Source of the DNA: Bradymonadia bacterium
GTDB lineage: Bacteria > Myxococcota_A > Bradymonadia > UBA7976 > UBA1532
Assembly (NCBI GenBank): GCA_046290225.1
Contig: JBKAGE010000039.1
Location: 64,001-128,000 of the forward strand
DNA length: 64,000 bases
Direction of reading: 5' to 3'
Every line of letters begins with the position of its first letter. The first letter of the stretch is position 1. The notes beneath the pieces were generated by a model that worked only from the letters and a program-made list of their open reading frames with translations, had not been told where the DNA came from and did no database searches. Below, piece after piece: positions 9,725-21,994 of this stretch. The position numbers were made by a program, and so were the translations under genes.

Positions 9725-10867
9725 GTGATCCCGCGCACACTCTTCGACGCACAACATGAGATCTTTCGGCGCAGCGTGAGAAGCTTCGTTGAGCAGGAGA
9801 TCACCCCCCACCATCACGACTGGGAGAAAGCCGGCGTGGTGCCTCGGGAGATCTGGCTCGAAGCCGGCAAGCTGGGCCTGCTCTGCCCGAATGCCCCCGA
9901 GGCCTATGGGGGCTTTGGCGCGGACTACCTCTACAACGTCATCGTGAGTGAAGAGCTGATCCGTGCCGGCGCCACCGGACCGGGCTTCATGCTGCATTCG
10001 GACATCGTGCTGCCCTACATCGTGCATCACGGCACCGAGGCGCAGAAGACGCAGTGGATCCCCAAGATGGTCACGGGCGAAGTGATCACCGCCATCGCCA
10101 TGAGCGAGCCCGGGGCCGGCAGCGACTTGCAGGGGCTGCGCACCACGGCCATCAAAGATGGCGACGAATACGTGCTCAATGGCGCCAAGACCTTCATCAC
10201 CAACGGGCAGCTCTGCGACCTGGTCATCGTCGCCGCCAAGACCGATCCCAGCCAGGGGGCAGCGGGCGTTTCGCTGTTCCTCGTCGAGACCAACCGCCCG
10301 GGTTTCACCCGAGGCACCAACCTCGACAAGATCGGCATGAAGGCCCAGGACACTTCTGAGCTGTTCTTCGAAGACGTGCGGCTGCCCGAGAGCGCGCTCC
10401 TGGGGCCTGAGGGTGGGGGCTTCTTCTTGCTGATGCAGGAGCTGGTGCAAGAGCGCCTCGCTGTGGCCGTGGTGGCGCTGGCCAGCGCGGAGGCTGCCGT
10501 GGACTGGACGATCACCTATGTGAAAGAGCGCGAAGCCTTTGGCCGACCCATTGCCAAGTTCCAGAACACGCGCTTCAAGCTCGCCGACGCCTCGGCCCAG
10601 GTCACTGTAGGGCGCGCCTTTGTCGATCGCTGCCTTGAGCTGCACCTGAAGGGTGAGCTCGACGTACCTACGGCGGCGCAGGCCAAGCTGTGGACCACGG
10701 AGATGCAGTTCGAGGTGCTCGACACCTGTCTGCAGCTCTTCGGCGGCTATGGCTACATGACCGAGACCCCCATCGCTCGGGCCTGGGCCGACGCTCGGGT
10801 GCAGCGCATCTGGGCAGGCACCTCGGAGATCATGCGCGAGCTTGTGGCCAGGGCGTTGCTGAGCTGA
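9725..10867 (+). CDS. Acyl-CoA dehydrogenase (long-chain type)
   Basis: AMSEPGAGSDLQG, NGAKTFITNG, QLFGGYGY, IWAGTSEIM; AAGGAGG before GTG 9725. Confidence 0.93.
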   Translation: MIPRTLFDAQHEIFRRSVRSFVEQEITPHHHDWEKAGVVPREIWLEAGKLGLLCPNAPEAYGGFGADYLYNVIVSEELIRAGATGPGFMLHSDIVLPYIVHHGTEAQKTQWIPKMVTGEVITAIAMSEPGAGSDLQGLRTTAIKDGDEYVLNGAKTFITNGQLCDLVIVAAKTDPSQGAAGVSLFLVETNRPGFTRGTNLDKIGMKAQDTSELFFEDVRLPESALLGPEGGGFFLLMQELVQERLAVAVVALASAEAAVDWTITYVKEREAFGRPIAKFQNTRFKLADASAQVTVGRAFVDRCLELHLKGELDVPTAAQAKLWTTEMQFEVLDTCLQLFGGYGYMTETPIARAWADARVQRIWAGTSEIMRELVARALLS

Positions 10868-10998
10868 ATATCGAGGCTGGTGGGGGGCTGAGCGATACAA
10901 TCAGGTCAGTATTCGAGACGAACACCGCCTGTTTGTGAGCCGTGTGAGAGCTATTGTGTCGTTTGTCTTGACGAACGCCAGCAATAAAGGAGCCTCAC

Positions 10999-11958
10999 AT
11001 GGGTGCCAAGAAGAAGAACCCCTTTGGTCCAAAAGGTTGGACACCGGAGCGCCTCGGTGATCTCACGGGGAAGACCTATCTGATCACAGGTGCCAACGCC
11101 GGCGCTGGATTCCAGGCGGCGCGGACCCTGCTCAAGAGAGACGCCGAGGTTGTGATACTCAACCGCTCGGTGGAGAAGTCGCAGGCCGCCATTGAGGCGC
11201 TCCAAGAAGAGTTCGGGACTGATGTCCGGGTGAGTTTCATCCGCATGGATCTCGCGTCGTTGGCGAGCGTGCGCGCCGCAGGGGCCCAGGTGCTGAAGAC
11301 TGTGCCCCGGATCGACGCGCTCATCTGCAATACCGCCATCGCTCAGGTGCCGACCCAGAGGCTCACCGAGGATGGTTTCGAGAGCATGCTGGGCACGAAC
11401 CACTATGGTCACTTCCTGCTCTGCGGACTCATCTACCCGCGCATCGAGGCATCTAAGGGTCGCATCGTGGTGGTCGCGAGCCTCGGCTACAAAATGGGCA
11501 TCAAGACCATCCAGTTCGACGATATGAACTGGGACCACAACTACAACCAGAACAGCACCTATTCGCAGAGCAAACTGGCCCAGATGATGTTCGCCTACGA
11601 GCTGCAGGACAGGCTGGCCGCGGCGAACCGGACCGATGTCGAGGTCTATGTCTGCCATCCTGGCTCGTCGCGGACCTCCCTCATCAAAACCAGCGGCAAC
11701 CTGATGACCCGATTCGCCTTCGGGCTCATGTCCCTGTCGCCGATGGTGCAGTCAGCGGAGAGGGGCGCCTGGCCCGAGGTCATGTGTGCCACCGAGAGCG
11801 ACCTGGAGCAGAGGGCCCTCTATGGTCCAACAGGCCGCATGGAGTGGGTCGGGCCGGTGGGCCAGGGCACCCTGGAGCCCTATGCCTACGACAAGGCCGT
11901 CATGGAGCGACTTTGGGCGCTGTCCGAGCGAGAAACCGGCATTGAGTGGCACCTCTGA
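10999..11958 (+). CDS. SDR-family oxidoreductase (retinol dehydrogenase-like)
   Basis: ITGANAGAG, GTNHYGHF, YSQSK. Confidence 0.9.
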   Translation: MGAKKKNPFGPKGWTPERLGDLTGKTYLITGANAGAGFQAARTLLKRDAEVVILNRSVEKSQAAIEALQEEFGTDVRVSFIRMDLASLASVRAAGAQVLKTVPRIDALICNTAIAQVPTQRLTEDGFESMLGTNHYGHFLLCGLIYPRIEASKGRIVVVASLGYKMGIKTIQFDDMNWDHNYNQNSTYSQSKLAQMMFAYELQDRLAAANRTDVEVYVCHPGSSRTSLIKTSGNLMTRFAFGLMSLSPMVQSAERGAWPEVMCATESDLEQRALYGPTGRMEWVGPVGQGTLEPYAYDKAVMERLWALSERETGIEWHL

Positions 11959-12015
11959 CGGAGTCGCATGTCTGAATCGACCGAACCTCTCGCAGACCGG
12001 TCGACGAAGTACAGA

Positions 12016-12888
12016 TCAGGCGCCGAAGACTGAGTGGGTCTTCACGAATGCCAAGAACGCTCGGGTCACTGGGTTGGGGTTCGGTGGATACACGAAGAGG
12101 ACCGGCGCCGCGTTGACCAGAGTCGGCATCACCTGCGCAGCTCGCCCAGAATCCAACACGCCCACAGCCTGGAGTCTGGGGAGACGGGCGATGCCCACAC
12201 CCTCCAACATCAGTTCGAAGGCTGCCACCACCGAGTTGGTCACGGCCACAGGAGGCGGGGTCTGCACCCGTCGACCGTCGGGCCAGCGCCAGGGCGCAAC
12301 CCGGCCTTCGAGATCCCGCAGCATGATGACGCTGTGAGCGTCGAGATCCTCTGCTGACTCCGGGATGCCCCGAGCGTTCAGGTAGTTGGCGCTGGCGCAC
12401 AGGATGAGCTGCTCTCCATACAGCGGCTGCCCGCGGAGATCGGGGTTGAGTCGAGTGCCGTACTGCATGGCCACGTCGAAGGTGCCCACCTCGAGGCGTC
12501 TCACGTCTCGGGCAAACTCCACATCGAGCACCACGTCGGGATAGGTGCGGTGAAAGGCGGCGAGGGAGGGGGTCAAGAAGCGGCTCGCCCCCAGAAACGG
12601 CAACGCCAGCCGCAGCCGGCCCACAAGGCGCCCCGAAGTCTCGTGCAGCTCCTGCTCCACCCGGTCCAAAGCCTCGAGCACGGGCGTGAGGCCTTGAGCA
12701 TACCGGTGACCTGCTTCGGTGAGCGCCAGCCGCTTGCCTGCTCGGTGCACCAGGGCGATGCCCAGCCTGGCTTCGAGGGCATCGAGACGGCGCATCACTG
12801 TGGAGCGGGAGACGTCGAGCAGCCGCGCTGTGCGGGCGAGGCTGCCCGCTTCGGCGAAGGCCACGAAGAGTCGCTGATCGTCAATCAT
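12016..12888 (-). CDS. LysR-family transcriptional regulator
   Basis: FVAFAEAGSLARTARLLDVSRSTVMRRLDALEARLG HTH; start trimmed to MIDD (TTG 12894 also possible); divergent from thioesterase. Confidence 0.9.
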   Translation of the reverse strand: MIDDQRLFVAFAEAGSLARTARLLDVSRSTVMRRLDALEARLGIALVHRAGKRLALTEAGHRYAQGLTPVLEALDRVEQELHETSGRLVGRLRLALPFLGASRFLTPSLAAFHRTYPDVVLDVEFARDVRRLEVGTFDVAMQYGTRLNPDLRGQPLYGEQLILCASANYLNARGIPESAEDLDAHSVIMLRDLEGRVAPWRWPDGRRVQTPPPVAVTNSVVAAFELMLEGVGIARLPRLQAVGVLDSGRAAQVMPTLVNAAPVLFVYPPNPNPVTRAFLAFVKTHSVFGA

Positions 12889-12960
12889 GTCCAAATTCGC
12901 AACAAGTAGGCCCGAGTTTGTCGCATTGACGCTACAGATGCTCGACCCTACCGTTGAGGC

Positions 12961-13413
12961 ATGAGCGAGACAATGACATTGAAGAACGTCTGGCGCCGAC
13001 TCCAAGAGCACGGCGGTCTGATCGCCACCCTGGGCATCGAGGGCGCCCTCGAGGACGGCGTCGTCGTGGGACGCATGCCCATCGACCGGGGCCACACTGG
13101 TGCCCCTGGCATTGCCCATGGTGGCTCTCTGATGGCGCTGCTCGATACGACCCTCGGCGGCGTGGCGCTGATGCACGCTCTGCAGCGTCAGAGGGCCACG
13201 AGCACGGTGGAGATGAAGGTGAACTTCCTGCGGCCCGTGCCTGAAGGGGAGACGGTGGTGGCTCGGGCCAGCCTTCAGTCCGCGGGGAAGTCGCTGATGG
13301 TGATTACGGGGACGGCAGAGCTGGAGTCATCTGGAGAGCCCGTGGCGTTCGCCGTGGGCACCTTCAACTTGTTCTCGCTCGAGAAGATGCAGACCTTCGA
13401 CGACCCTGCTTGA
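12961..13413 (+). CDS. PaaI-family hot-dog thioesterase
   Basis: GIAHGGSLMALLD and TVEMKVNFLRP motifs. Confidence 0.9.
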   Translation: MSETMTLKNVWRRLQEHGGLIATLGIEGALEDGVVVGRMPIDRGHTGAPGIAHGGSLMALLDTTLGGVALMHALQRQRATSTVEMKVNFLRPVPEGETVVARASLQSAGKSLMVITGTAELESSGEPVAFAVGTFNLFSLEKMQTFDDPA

Positions 13414-13531
13414 AGCCCTTCTGGCTGGCCGAGAGCAGGCGAGTCTCCTGAGACATCCGCCCTGAGACGCGCACACTGCGCTGTGTGGCCCCACTGTCAC
13501 AGTCTCCGACCGTGTCAGGGCGTTTCTGTGC

Positions 13532-13547
13532 TGGTCCGCTGATTGCA
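13532..13547 (+). promoter_or_regulatory. Candidate sigma-54 (-24/-12) promoter
   Basis: TGGTCCGCTGATTGCA has GG-N10-GC spacing, about 30 nt before the lipoprotein start; CCTGAGAC direct repeats at 13447 and 13461 upstream. Confidence 0.45.
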
Positions 13548-13578
13548 CACTCCCATGAGCAAACCATCAGGGGAGATC

Positions 13579-14532
13579 ATGCGACGCTTCACCCACCTGA
13601 CCATTTTGTTGTTGTTGCCCCTGGTGGGATGCGCGGATGCGGAGACAGCAGATCCCAACTCTGAAGCTGAGGGTGACCCTGGCGCAGGGGTCCCCGTGCC
13701 ACCCAACCAGCGGAACAGCTGTGTCCTGCCCCCTCAGGGTCGATGTGATGGCAACACGTACTCGTGGTGTGAAGAGGGGCAGACCCAGAGCATCAGGTGC
13801 GATCAGGCAGGCCTGGTGTGTGGCACCAACGCATATGCTTCGCTCGGCTGCGTCGCCCCTCAGATGGGCGCAGAGCCAAACCCGGATCCGGGCGTTGAGC
13901 CCCCTGCCGGAGGCCAGTGCGAGGGCCTGGAGGTGCCTCGCTGCAACGGCAACATCGCCGAGTGGTGCGAGGGCGGTCAGGTCCGACGTGAAGACTGTGC
14001 TCAATCAGGCGGCGCCTGTGTGTGGCACGCCGAGTTCGGATGGGGCTGTGGCGATGGAGCGCCCGGAGAGATGCCCGACCCGAGTCAGCCTGATCCTGGT
14101 CAGCCTGATCCTGGTCAGCCTGATCCTGAGCCCAGCCCCGGCATGGGATGTGACGGCGTCGGCGAGCAGGGCCGATGCGATGGTGACGTGGCGATCTGGT
14201 GCGAGAATGGCCAGGCGATGCGCCTCGACTGTAGAGCGCAACTCAACACCGGGTGCGGGCTCGCCGAGGGGTACTACGATTGCCTCGAGCCGCCCAACGG
14301 CAACCCGAACCCTGATCCGAACCCACAACCAGACCCCAACCCCCAACCAGATCCGGACCCCCAACCAGATCCTCAGCCCAACCCGCAAGGGTGCGGCAAC
14401 GTCTCAGAAGAAGGGGAGTGCCAGGGGAGCGTGCTTCGATACTGCGAAGATGGCCAGCTCTGGCAAGAGGACTGCGCCATGCTCGGCATGATGTGCGGTC
14501 AGGTGGATCAGTCCTTCTACGACTGTCAGTGA
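13579..14532 (+). CDS. Lipoprotein of four 6-Cys modules joined by Pro-rich linkers
   Basis: Lipobox LVGC; four repeats of C-x-G.C.G....[WY]CE.GQ....C.....C......C separated by (PDPGQ)n and (NPQPDP)n. Confidence 0.8.
   Translation: MRRFTHLTILLLLPLVGCADAETADPNSEAEGDPGAGVPVPPNQRNSCVLPPQGRCDGNTYSWCEEGQTQSIRCDQAGLVCGTNAYASLGCVAPQMGAEPNPDPGVEPPAGGQCEGLEVPRCNGNIAEWCEGGQVRREDCAQSGGACVWHAEFGWGCGDGAPGEMPDPSQPDPGQPDPGQPDPEPSPGMGCDGVGEQGRCDGDVAIWCENGQAMRLDCRAQLNTGCGLAEGYYDCLEPPNGNPNPDPNPQPDPNPQPDPDPQPDPQPNPQGCGNVSEEGECQGSVLRYCEDGQLWQEDCAMLGMMCGQVDQSFYDCQ
14084..14128 (+). repeat. Perfect tandem repeat GTCAGCCTGATCCTG x3 (encodes QPDPG linker)
   Basis: Three exact 15-bp copies. Confidence 0.9.
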
Positions 14533-14573
14533 GCCGGGGCCACCTGTAGGCATCATGGGCTGGGTGGTCGACC

Positions 14574-17132
14574 TCAGGGGCTCGCGGGGTAGATGATCCC
14601 GCCCAATGTCAGCCACGTCTGATTCGGTCCGCTCCGGAACAGCACGAAGAGCTGACCATCGGTGGTCACGTCGACGCGGCCCGTCCCGCCTGCGTCGGTG
14701 GTGGTGAAGATCTCCCGCGCTGCGGGCCGGCAGGCTTCGGGCAGGGTGCCGAACTGCACGCTGTTGTTCACGCCGTAAACCAGCCCCGAGACCACACACA
14801 GGCCACCTTGTCGCGTCACTCGAGGCTCTGTGAAAACGTTGTTGGGCGGTGGTGTCCACCCAGCGAGGAGCTCTACACCCAGATCCTCGTCGTCCACCAC
14901 GAACTGAATGCCGTCGAGGCTGAGCCAGGTGGTCTGGTTCCCGGCCACGTGAATGATGTTGCCATCAGCAGTGACGTCGAGTCGTGTGGCGGTGCCGTGC
15001 TGGCTCGTGGTGAAGATGAGTCGGCCCGTGGGGCGGCAGTCTTCGGGCAGTCGAGTCAACACTGTGCCGAGATTTTGCGGCTGGCCGCGTACGAGCCCGG
15101 AGACGACGCACAGGCGCCCTTCACGGCGCACTGAGGGCGTACGGTAGCCAGACTCGTAGGGGGCCCAGTCGTTCTGAAGCGCCACCGCTTCCCCCGAGGC
15201 GGGATGGAAGGCGATGCCTGCAAGGCTGACCCAACCCACCAGCTGGCCAGTGACGAGGTACACCCGGCCATCGGCGAGGACGTCGATTCGGGAGAGGCCC
15301 CCATTGGCGTTGGTCTGGAAGATGAGGCGGGCCTCGGGCCGGCAGTCCTCGGGCAGCGTCGTGATCACCGAGTTGAGCTGGTTGCCCAGGAGCAGACCAG
15401 AGAGCACGCACATCTCTCCGGCGCGGGTCACCGAGGGGGTGCCATAGATGCTGCCATAGGGCTGCCAGGCGGCGGTGAGTTCGAGTGGGGTGGAGATGGC
15501 GTTGCGGATCTCGACGTCTACGGTGGCGGTGGCGCCGAGATCGTCGGTGACCTGCAAGCGGTCGACGACCTCGGTGGTGGGCCCCGGCACATACTCGCCG
15601 GTCTCGGCGTCGATGGCGCCTCCGGAGCGGTTCTCTACAAAGGCGTATCGATATGTGCCGAACCCGCCTGCCGCGACGAGGGACACCGTCTCACCAGGGA
15701 GCGCGATGTTCGCCGAAGCGTTCAAGGAGAGCTGCTGTGCTGTGGAGCAGTCAGGGTTGCAGGCACCTGGGAAGCCCTGGTTGTCGCCAGTGTCGCAGGC
15801 CTCGCCATTGTCGAGCACGCCGTCACCACATGCAGGCAGGACACAGTCCGCTCGGCAAGTGTTGGGCCGATCGCCATTGATCTCGCCCTGGTCGCAGGCC
15901 TCACCTTCGTCGATGATGGCGTCACCACAGGTGGGCAGCCGGCAGTTGGGGCGGCAGGCGTTGGGGCGATAGGCGTTGCTTTCGCCGTCGTCGCATTGCT
16001 CCCCTGCGTCAGGGGTACCGTTGCCGCAGGCGAGCTCGCCATTGGCGCAGCACTGTGCAAAGGCCGACTTCTCGCCCTGCTCGCCTCTGAAGCGCACCTG
16101 CCACCCGTCGGCAGTGGGCATCGACGCCCGGGGGTGGGCTCCTGCGTCGCCGGTGTCATAGCCGCCAGCCACGGCCACCGTGCCCGCGGGGCAGCGTGCC
16201 GTCGCGGTGCAGTCCTCACCGATGCAGACGGCTTGCACTTGCACACACACCAGGGGGCCAGCGGCCTGTCCCGCAGGCCCTACGGGGCCTTGCACACCTG
16301 CGGGGCCTTGCACACCTGCGGGGCCAATGGGCCCTTGAGGCCCTGCGGGACCCTGCACGCCGATGGGTCCGACCTCACCGGGGCTGCCCGGCGGTCCGGC
16401 GGGCCCCTCCGCACCCGCGGGCCCAGCGGGACCCTCCGCCCCTGCAGGCCCTTCGGGACCGACAGGCCCAGGGGGGCCTGCTGCGCCCTCAGGCCCTGCG
16501 GGGCCCATGGGGCCGACGTCGCCTGGAGAGCCCTGTGGCCCCACGGGGCCCTGAGGACCTTCCGAACCAGCGGGTCCCATTGGGCCTTGCGCACCAGCAG
16601 GGCCTTCAGGGCCAGCGGGGCCCTCCGCACCAGCAGGGCCCTCAGGACCCTCAGGGCCTGCAAGGCCCGATGGATCACCCACCCAGCGACCTTCCGCGTC
16701 GATGACGAGGGTGTCGCCGATGCTGACGCTTGCCGGGTGGATCGCCTGATCGATGACGTCGACGGCGAGATCGGCCACCAGAGCCCGAGGCACCGCGCTG
16801 ATGGGCTGCGCCCCGAGAGGCTCTCCATCGAGGGTCACGGACAAATACAACGCATCTTCTGCCCAGACATCCGTGGGCAGAGGCTCAATGGCCCCCAGGG
16901 GCACCAGGATCTGACCGGCGATCACCTCGGCGTCAGGCCAGGTCTCCGACCACACCGGATCTGCCTCCTCGTCGCCGACGTGCACCGCGAAGGTGAGCGT
17001 CACGGGCCCTTCAAGGGGGGTGCCGTCATCGGCTGTGAGGGTACCGTCGAAGGTGAGGGTGGGCTGGGCGAAGGCCGGCGTCATCAGCAACGCGAGCAAC
17101 AGGCATGTGAACAGCGCGCTTCGATTCATCAT
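14574..17132 (-). CDS. Secreted collagen-repeat surface protein with Cys-rich (myxobacterial/DUF4215-like) repeats and three C-terminal phage-fibre-like beta domains
   Basis: Signal peptide; 45 Gly-X-Y triplets; CG[ND]G..D.GE.CD.G repeats; three ~90-aa repeats W.PY...Y.TPSV.R.G..CV.SGL....LPEDCRP..R.IF....R.DV..DG....W.SL.GI.F. Confidence 0.85.
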   Translation of the reverse strand: MMNRSALFTCLLLALLMTPAFAQPTLTFDGTLTADDGTPLEGPVTLTFAVHVGDEEADPVWSETWPDAEVIAGQILVPLGAIEPLPTDVWAEDALYLSVTLDGEPLGAQPISAVPRALVADLAVDVIDQAIHPASVSIGDTLVIDAEGRWVGDPSGLAGPEGPEGPAGAEGPAGPEGPAGAQGPMGPAGSEGPQGPVGPQGSPGDVGPMGPAGPEGAAGPPGPVGPEGPAGAEGPAGPAGAEGPAGPPGSPGEVGPIGVQGPAGPQGPIGPAGVQGPAGVQGPVGPAGQAAGPLVCVQVQAVCIGEDCTATARCPAGTVAVAGGYDTGDAGAHPRASMPTADGWQVRFRGEQGEKSAFAQCCANGELACGNGTPDAGEQCDDGESNAYRPNACRPNCRLPTCGDAIIDEGEACDQGEINGDRPNTCRADCVLPACGDGVLDNGEACDTGDNQGFPGACNPDCSTAQQLSLNASANIALPGETVSLVAAGGFGTYRYAFVENRSGGAIDAETGEYVPGPTTEVVDRLQVTDDLGATATVDVEIRNAISTPLELTAAWQPYGSIYGTPSVTRAGEMCVLSGLLLGNQLNSVITTLPEDCRPEARLIFQTNANGGLSRIDVLADGRVYLVTGQLVGWVSLAGIAFHPASGEAVALQNDWAPYESGYRTPSVRREGRLCVVSGLVRGQPQNLGTVLTRLPEDCRPTGRLIFTTSQHGTATRLDVTADGNIIHVAGNQTTWLSLDGIQFVVDDEDLGVELLAGWTPPPNNVFTEPRVTRQGGLCVVSGLVYGVNNSVQFGTLPEACRPAAREIFTTTDAGGTGRVDVTTDGQLFVLFRSGPNQTWLTLGGIIYPASP
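16263..16667 (-). repeat. Collagen-like Gly-X-Y repeat, 45 uninterrupted triplets
   Basis: [12 protein letters not shown] ... GPA GQA, 405 nt. Confidence 0.9.
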
Positions 17133-17473
17133 GGGGTCAGGCTCCCTCTCAGGCGTACGTTCGTGCCTCTGAATTCATAGGTGGGCAGGCCGCGGCCTGT
17201 AGGGCCACCGGTCCATGGCAAGCGACCGGGCCTCTGTGGGATCGAAGCGATCCCCAGATCAGCGGCGCTCGCATCTGCTTCCGGGCCAGCGTCAATGGGT
17301 AGAGCATCTACCCCCGCGTCTGTGGGGGCCGAGCCATCAGCAGTGGAACCATCTGTGCTCGAAGCATCGCTCGAGCCACCGTCTGGTGTTGTCTCTGCGG
17401 AGCCACCGCTGTCATCACAGGCGGCCACAGTGAGTCCGACTGTGAGGACGGCGAGCATCCACGAGGTGGGCAT
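17129..17473 (-). CDS. Small lipoprotein, translationally coupled to the collagen protein
   Basis: [19 protein letters not shown] lipobox, GGAGGGAG RBS, acidic linker, short basic C-terminus; stop overlaps the next start. Confidence 0.7.
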   Translation of the reverse strand: MPTSWMLAVLTVGLTVAACDDSGGSAETTPDGGSSDASSTDGSTADGSAPTDAGVDALPIDAGPEADASAADLGIASIPQRPGRLPWTGGPTGRGLPTYEFRGTNVRLRGSLTP

Positions 17474-17606
17474 GTGCACGGTCTCCCTCCCGAGTCCGTT
17501 GAGCGTCGCGCCATGGTAGTGATCGGCTTGCCCTGTGGGCAAACGGCACGTAGAGCACCCACCCAATCGAAAAAGAGGACCCGCCCGTGGCTGTGGGGCC
17601 TGCCCC

Positions 17607-17681
17607 AACAGCCTGGGGCTGTCTCCTGAGGCAAAGAGTTGCTTCCTCGGCGGCAATGCCGCGCGTATCTTCGGGCTCTGA
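17607..17681 (+). pseudogene. 3' remnant of an amidohydrolase-family gene
   Basis: Intergenic frame reads NSLGLSPEAKSCFLGGNAARIFGL*, the typical C-terminus of amidohydrolase_2 proteins; no matching upstream body; hairpin GAGGCG...CGCCTC follows. Confidence 0.6.
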
Positions 17682-17726
17682 GGCGTCTCGGGCGCCTCGC
17701 ACCACCCCCTTCTCATTGGAGCATAC

Positions 17727-18689
17727 ATGTCCACGCCCCGCCGTCAGCTCGGCACCTCCGACATCCAGATCTCACCCATCGGCCTCGGCTGTATGGGCAT
17801 GTCCGAGTTCTATGGTCAGTCCGACGATGCCCAGAGCATTGCTCTGCTGCACTACGCCCTCGATCAGGGCATGAACTTCTTCGACACCGCCGACATGTAC
17901 GGCCCCTTCACCAACGAGAAGCTGCTGGGCACCGCCTTTCGGGATCGGCGCGACGAGGCGGTCATCGCCACCAAGTTCGGCATCATGCGCGACGACAACG
18001 GCGGCTTCGGCGGCATCAACGGCAAGCCCGAATATGTGAAGGCCTGCTGTGATGCTTCACTGACCCGCCTCGGCGTCGACACCATCGATCTCTACTACCA
18101 GCACCGGGTCGACCCCAACACGCCCATCGAAGAGACCGTGGGGGCCATGGCCGAGCTCGTGAAGGCAGGCAAGGTGCGCTGCCTCGGCCTTTCTGAAGCC
18201 AGCCCCGAGGAGATCCGCAGGGCCCACGCCGTGCACCCGATCACCGCCCTGCAGACCGAGTTCTCGCTGTGGTCCAGAGAGCCGGAGGCGGAGCTGCTCG
18301 ACACCTGCAAAGCACTCGGCATCACCTTTGTGGCGTATTCTCCGCTGGGCCGTGGGTTCCTCACAGGGTCGATCACCTCGCCCGACGACTTCGCCGCCGA
18401 CGACTACCGGCGCCAGAGCCCCCGGTTCCAGGGGGAAAACTTCCAGAAGAACCTCGATCTGGTGGCCACGGTGAAGTCCATGGCCGGTGACAAGGGCGTC
18501 ACCCCCGCTCAGCTCGCCCTGGGCTGGTTGCTGCATCAGGGGGAGCACGTCGTCACGATCCCTGGCACCCGCAAGCAGAGCCGATTCGACGAGAACCAGG
18601 CCGCCAACAGCGTGACCTTCACCGCCGAAGAGCTGGCCTTCCTCGACGAGAACCTGCCTGTGGGTGCCGCGCAGGGCGGGCGCTATTGA
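17727..18689 (+). CDS. Aldo/keto reductase
   Basis: [38 protein letters not shown]. Confidence 0.93.
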   Translation: MSTPRRQLGTSDIQISPIGLGCMGMSEFYGQSDDAQSIALLHYALDQGMNFFDTADMYGPFTNEKLLGTAFRDRRDEAVIATKFGIMRDDNGGFGGINGKPEYVKACCDASLTRLGVDTIDLYYQHRVDPNTPIEETVGAMAELVKAGKVRCLGLSEASPEEIRRAHAVHPITALQTEFSLWSREPEAELLDTCKALGITFVAYSPLGRGFLTGSITSPDDFAADDYRRQSPRFQGENFQKNLDLVATVKSMAGDKGVTPAQLALGWLLHQGEHVVTIPGTRKQSRFDENQAANSVTFTAEELAFLDENLPVGAAQGGRY

Positions 18690-18876
18690 CCCAGAGGGTG
18701 CTGCTCGATGAAGCAGAGACCTCTTCCCAAGGCTCATCGCTATTCGGTGCAAAGCGGTTCAAAAGTCCACGACTTCTGTTTACCCGACAACCGTCACAAC
18801 CCACTCGTATCCTCATATCACGAACCTGTGGGCACAGAGGCTCGCACCGGTCCGTGCATGTCCAAAGCGATATTGA

Positions 18877-21074
<2,198 letters not shown>

Positions 21075-21075
<1 letters not shown>

Positions 21076-21671
21076 TGGCTCGACATCTCATCTTCATGGT
21101 CACATGCGTGCTCGCTGCCTTGGCATGTCAGACCACGACGCCGACGCGGAGCGTGGGAGATGGCGCTGTGTCCAGTCTATCTGTGGACGCGTCCAGCACA
21201 CCTGTGCCATCGGATGCGACAGCTCATGACAGCGCGACCACAGATGTCGCCACTCCAGACGATGTGCCCGATGCTGGTGAAGCCACGGCTCCCCAAGCTG
21301 ATGTGGTTCAGGTATCCGCGAGTGGTGAGGGGCGTTCATATCGGCTCTCAGTGACACTTGAGAGCCCAGACACCGGCTGTGAGCAATACGCGGACTGGTG
21401 GGAAGTCATCACACTGGAGGGTGACCTCGTCTACCGCCGCATCCTGGCCCACAGTCATGTCGACGAACAGCCCTTCACCCGCTCGGGCGGTCCGGTGTCG
21501 GTGGCCGCTGACCAGGCAGTGATTGTCCGGGCTCATATGTCGAACGGTGGATACGGGGGGCAGGTGATGCGTGGAAGCGTGGCAGAAGGGTTCTCGGCTG
21601 ACATGCTCGAAGCGAGCTTCGCTGAAGGGGTGGCTGAGAGGGCACCACGCCCTGATGGGTGCGCGTTCTGA
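21075..21671 (+). CDS. Lipoprotein with His-containing C-terminal domain, coupled to katG
   Basis: TGATG overlap with katG stop; lipobox ALAC; SPDTGCEQYADWWEV...RILAHSHVDEQPFTRS...VRAHM. Confidence 0.75.
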
Positions 21672-21676
21672 ACGTA

Positions 21677-21979
21677 TTATTGCAGGCCTTGCCCAGTCAC
21701 CTGCACGAGTACGAAGGGCTGTACGATCAGCAACTTGATCGGCAGCTCCGCTGAATGAGCCTCAGCAGACTCGGCATCCACAGGGACCAGCTGGCCAGAT
21801 GCCAGCCAGCGCTCCACCTCAGCGACGCGATCGAGGGCCACAGAGAGGCCCACCGCGATCAACTCCACGCCGCGCACTTCGAGCACTCGGCCCTTCGAGA
21901 AATGATCAGCCAGCAGGCCCCATTGACCCTCGTTGATCTCTGCGGTGAGTTTGTTGAGTAGTTCTGTCGCAGTGCTCAT
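21677..21979 (-). CDS. DUF2288-family protein
   Basis: EINEGQWGLLADH..KG, VG..VALD....V..WL..GQL, LIVQPFVLVQ. Confidence 0.75.
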   Translation of the reverse strand: MSTATELLNKLTAEINEGQWGLLADHFSKGRVLEVRGVELIAVGLSVALDRVAEVERWLASGQLVPVDAESAEAHSAELPIKLLIVQPFVLVQVTGQGLQ

Positions 21980-21994
21980 GCATGGCTCCTGATT

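Noticed and set aside
14084..16667. Tandem repeats as a possible CRISPR array
   Set aside because: They are in-frame coding repeats (Pro linkers, collagen) without unique spacers; no cas genes in the window.
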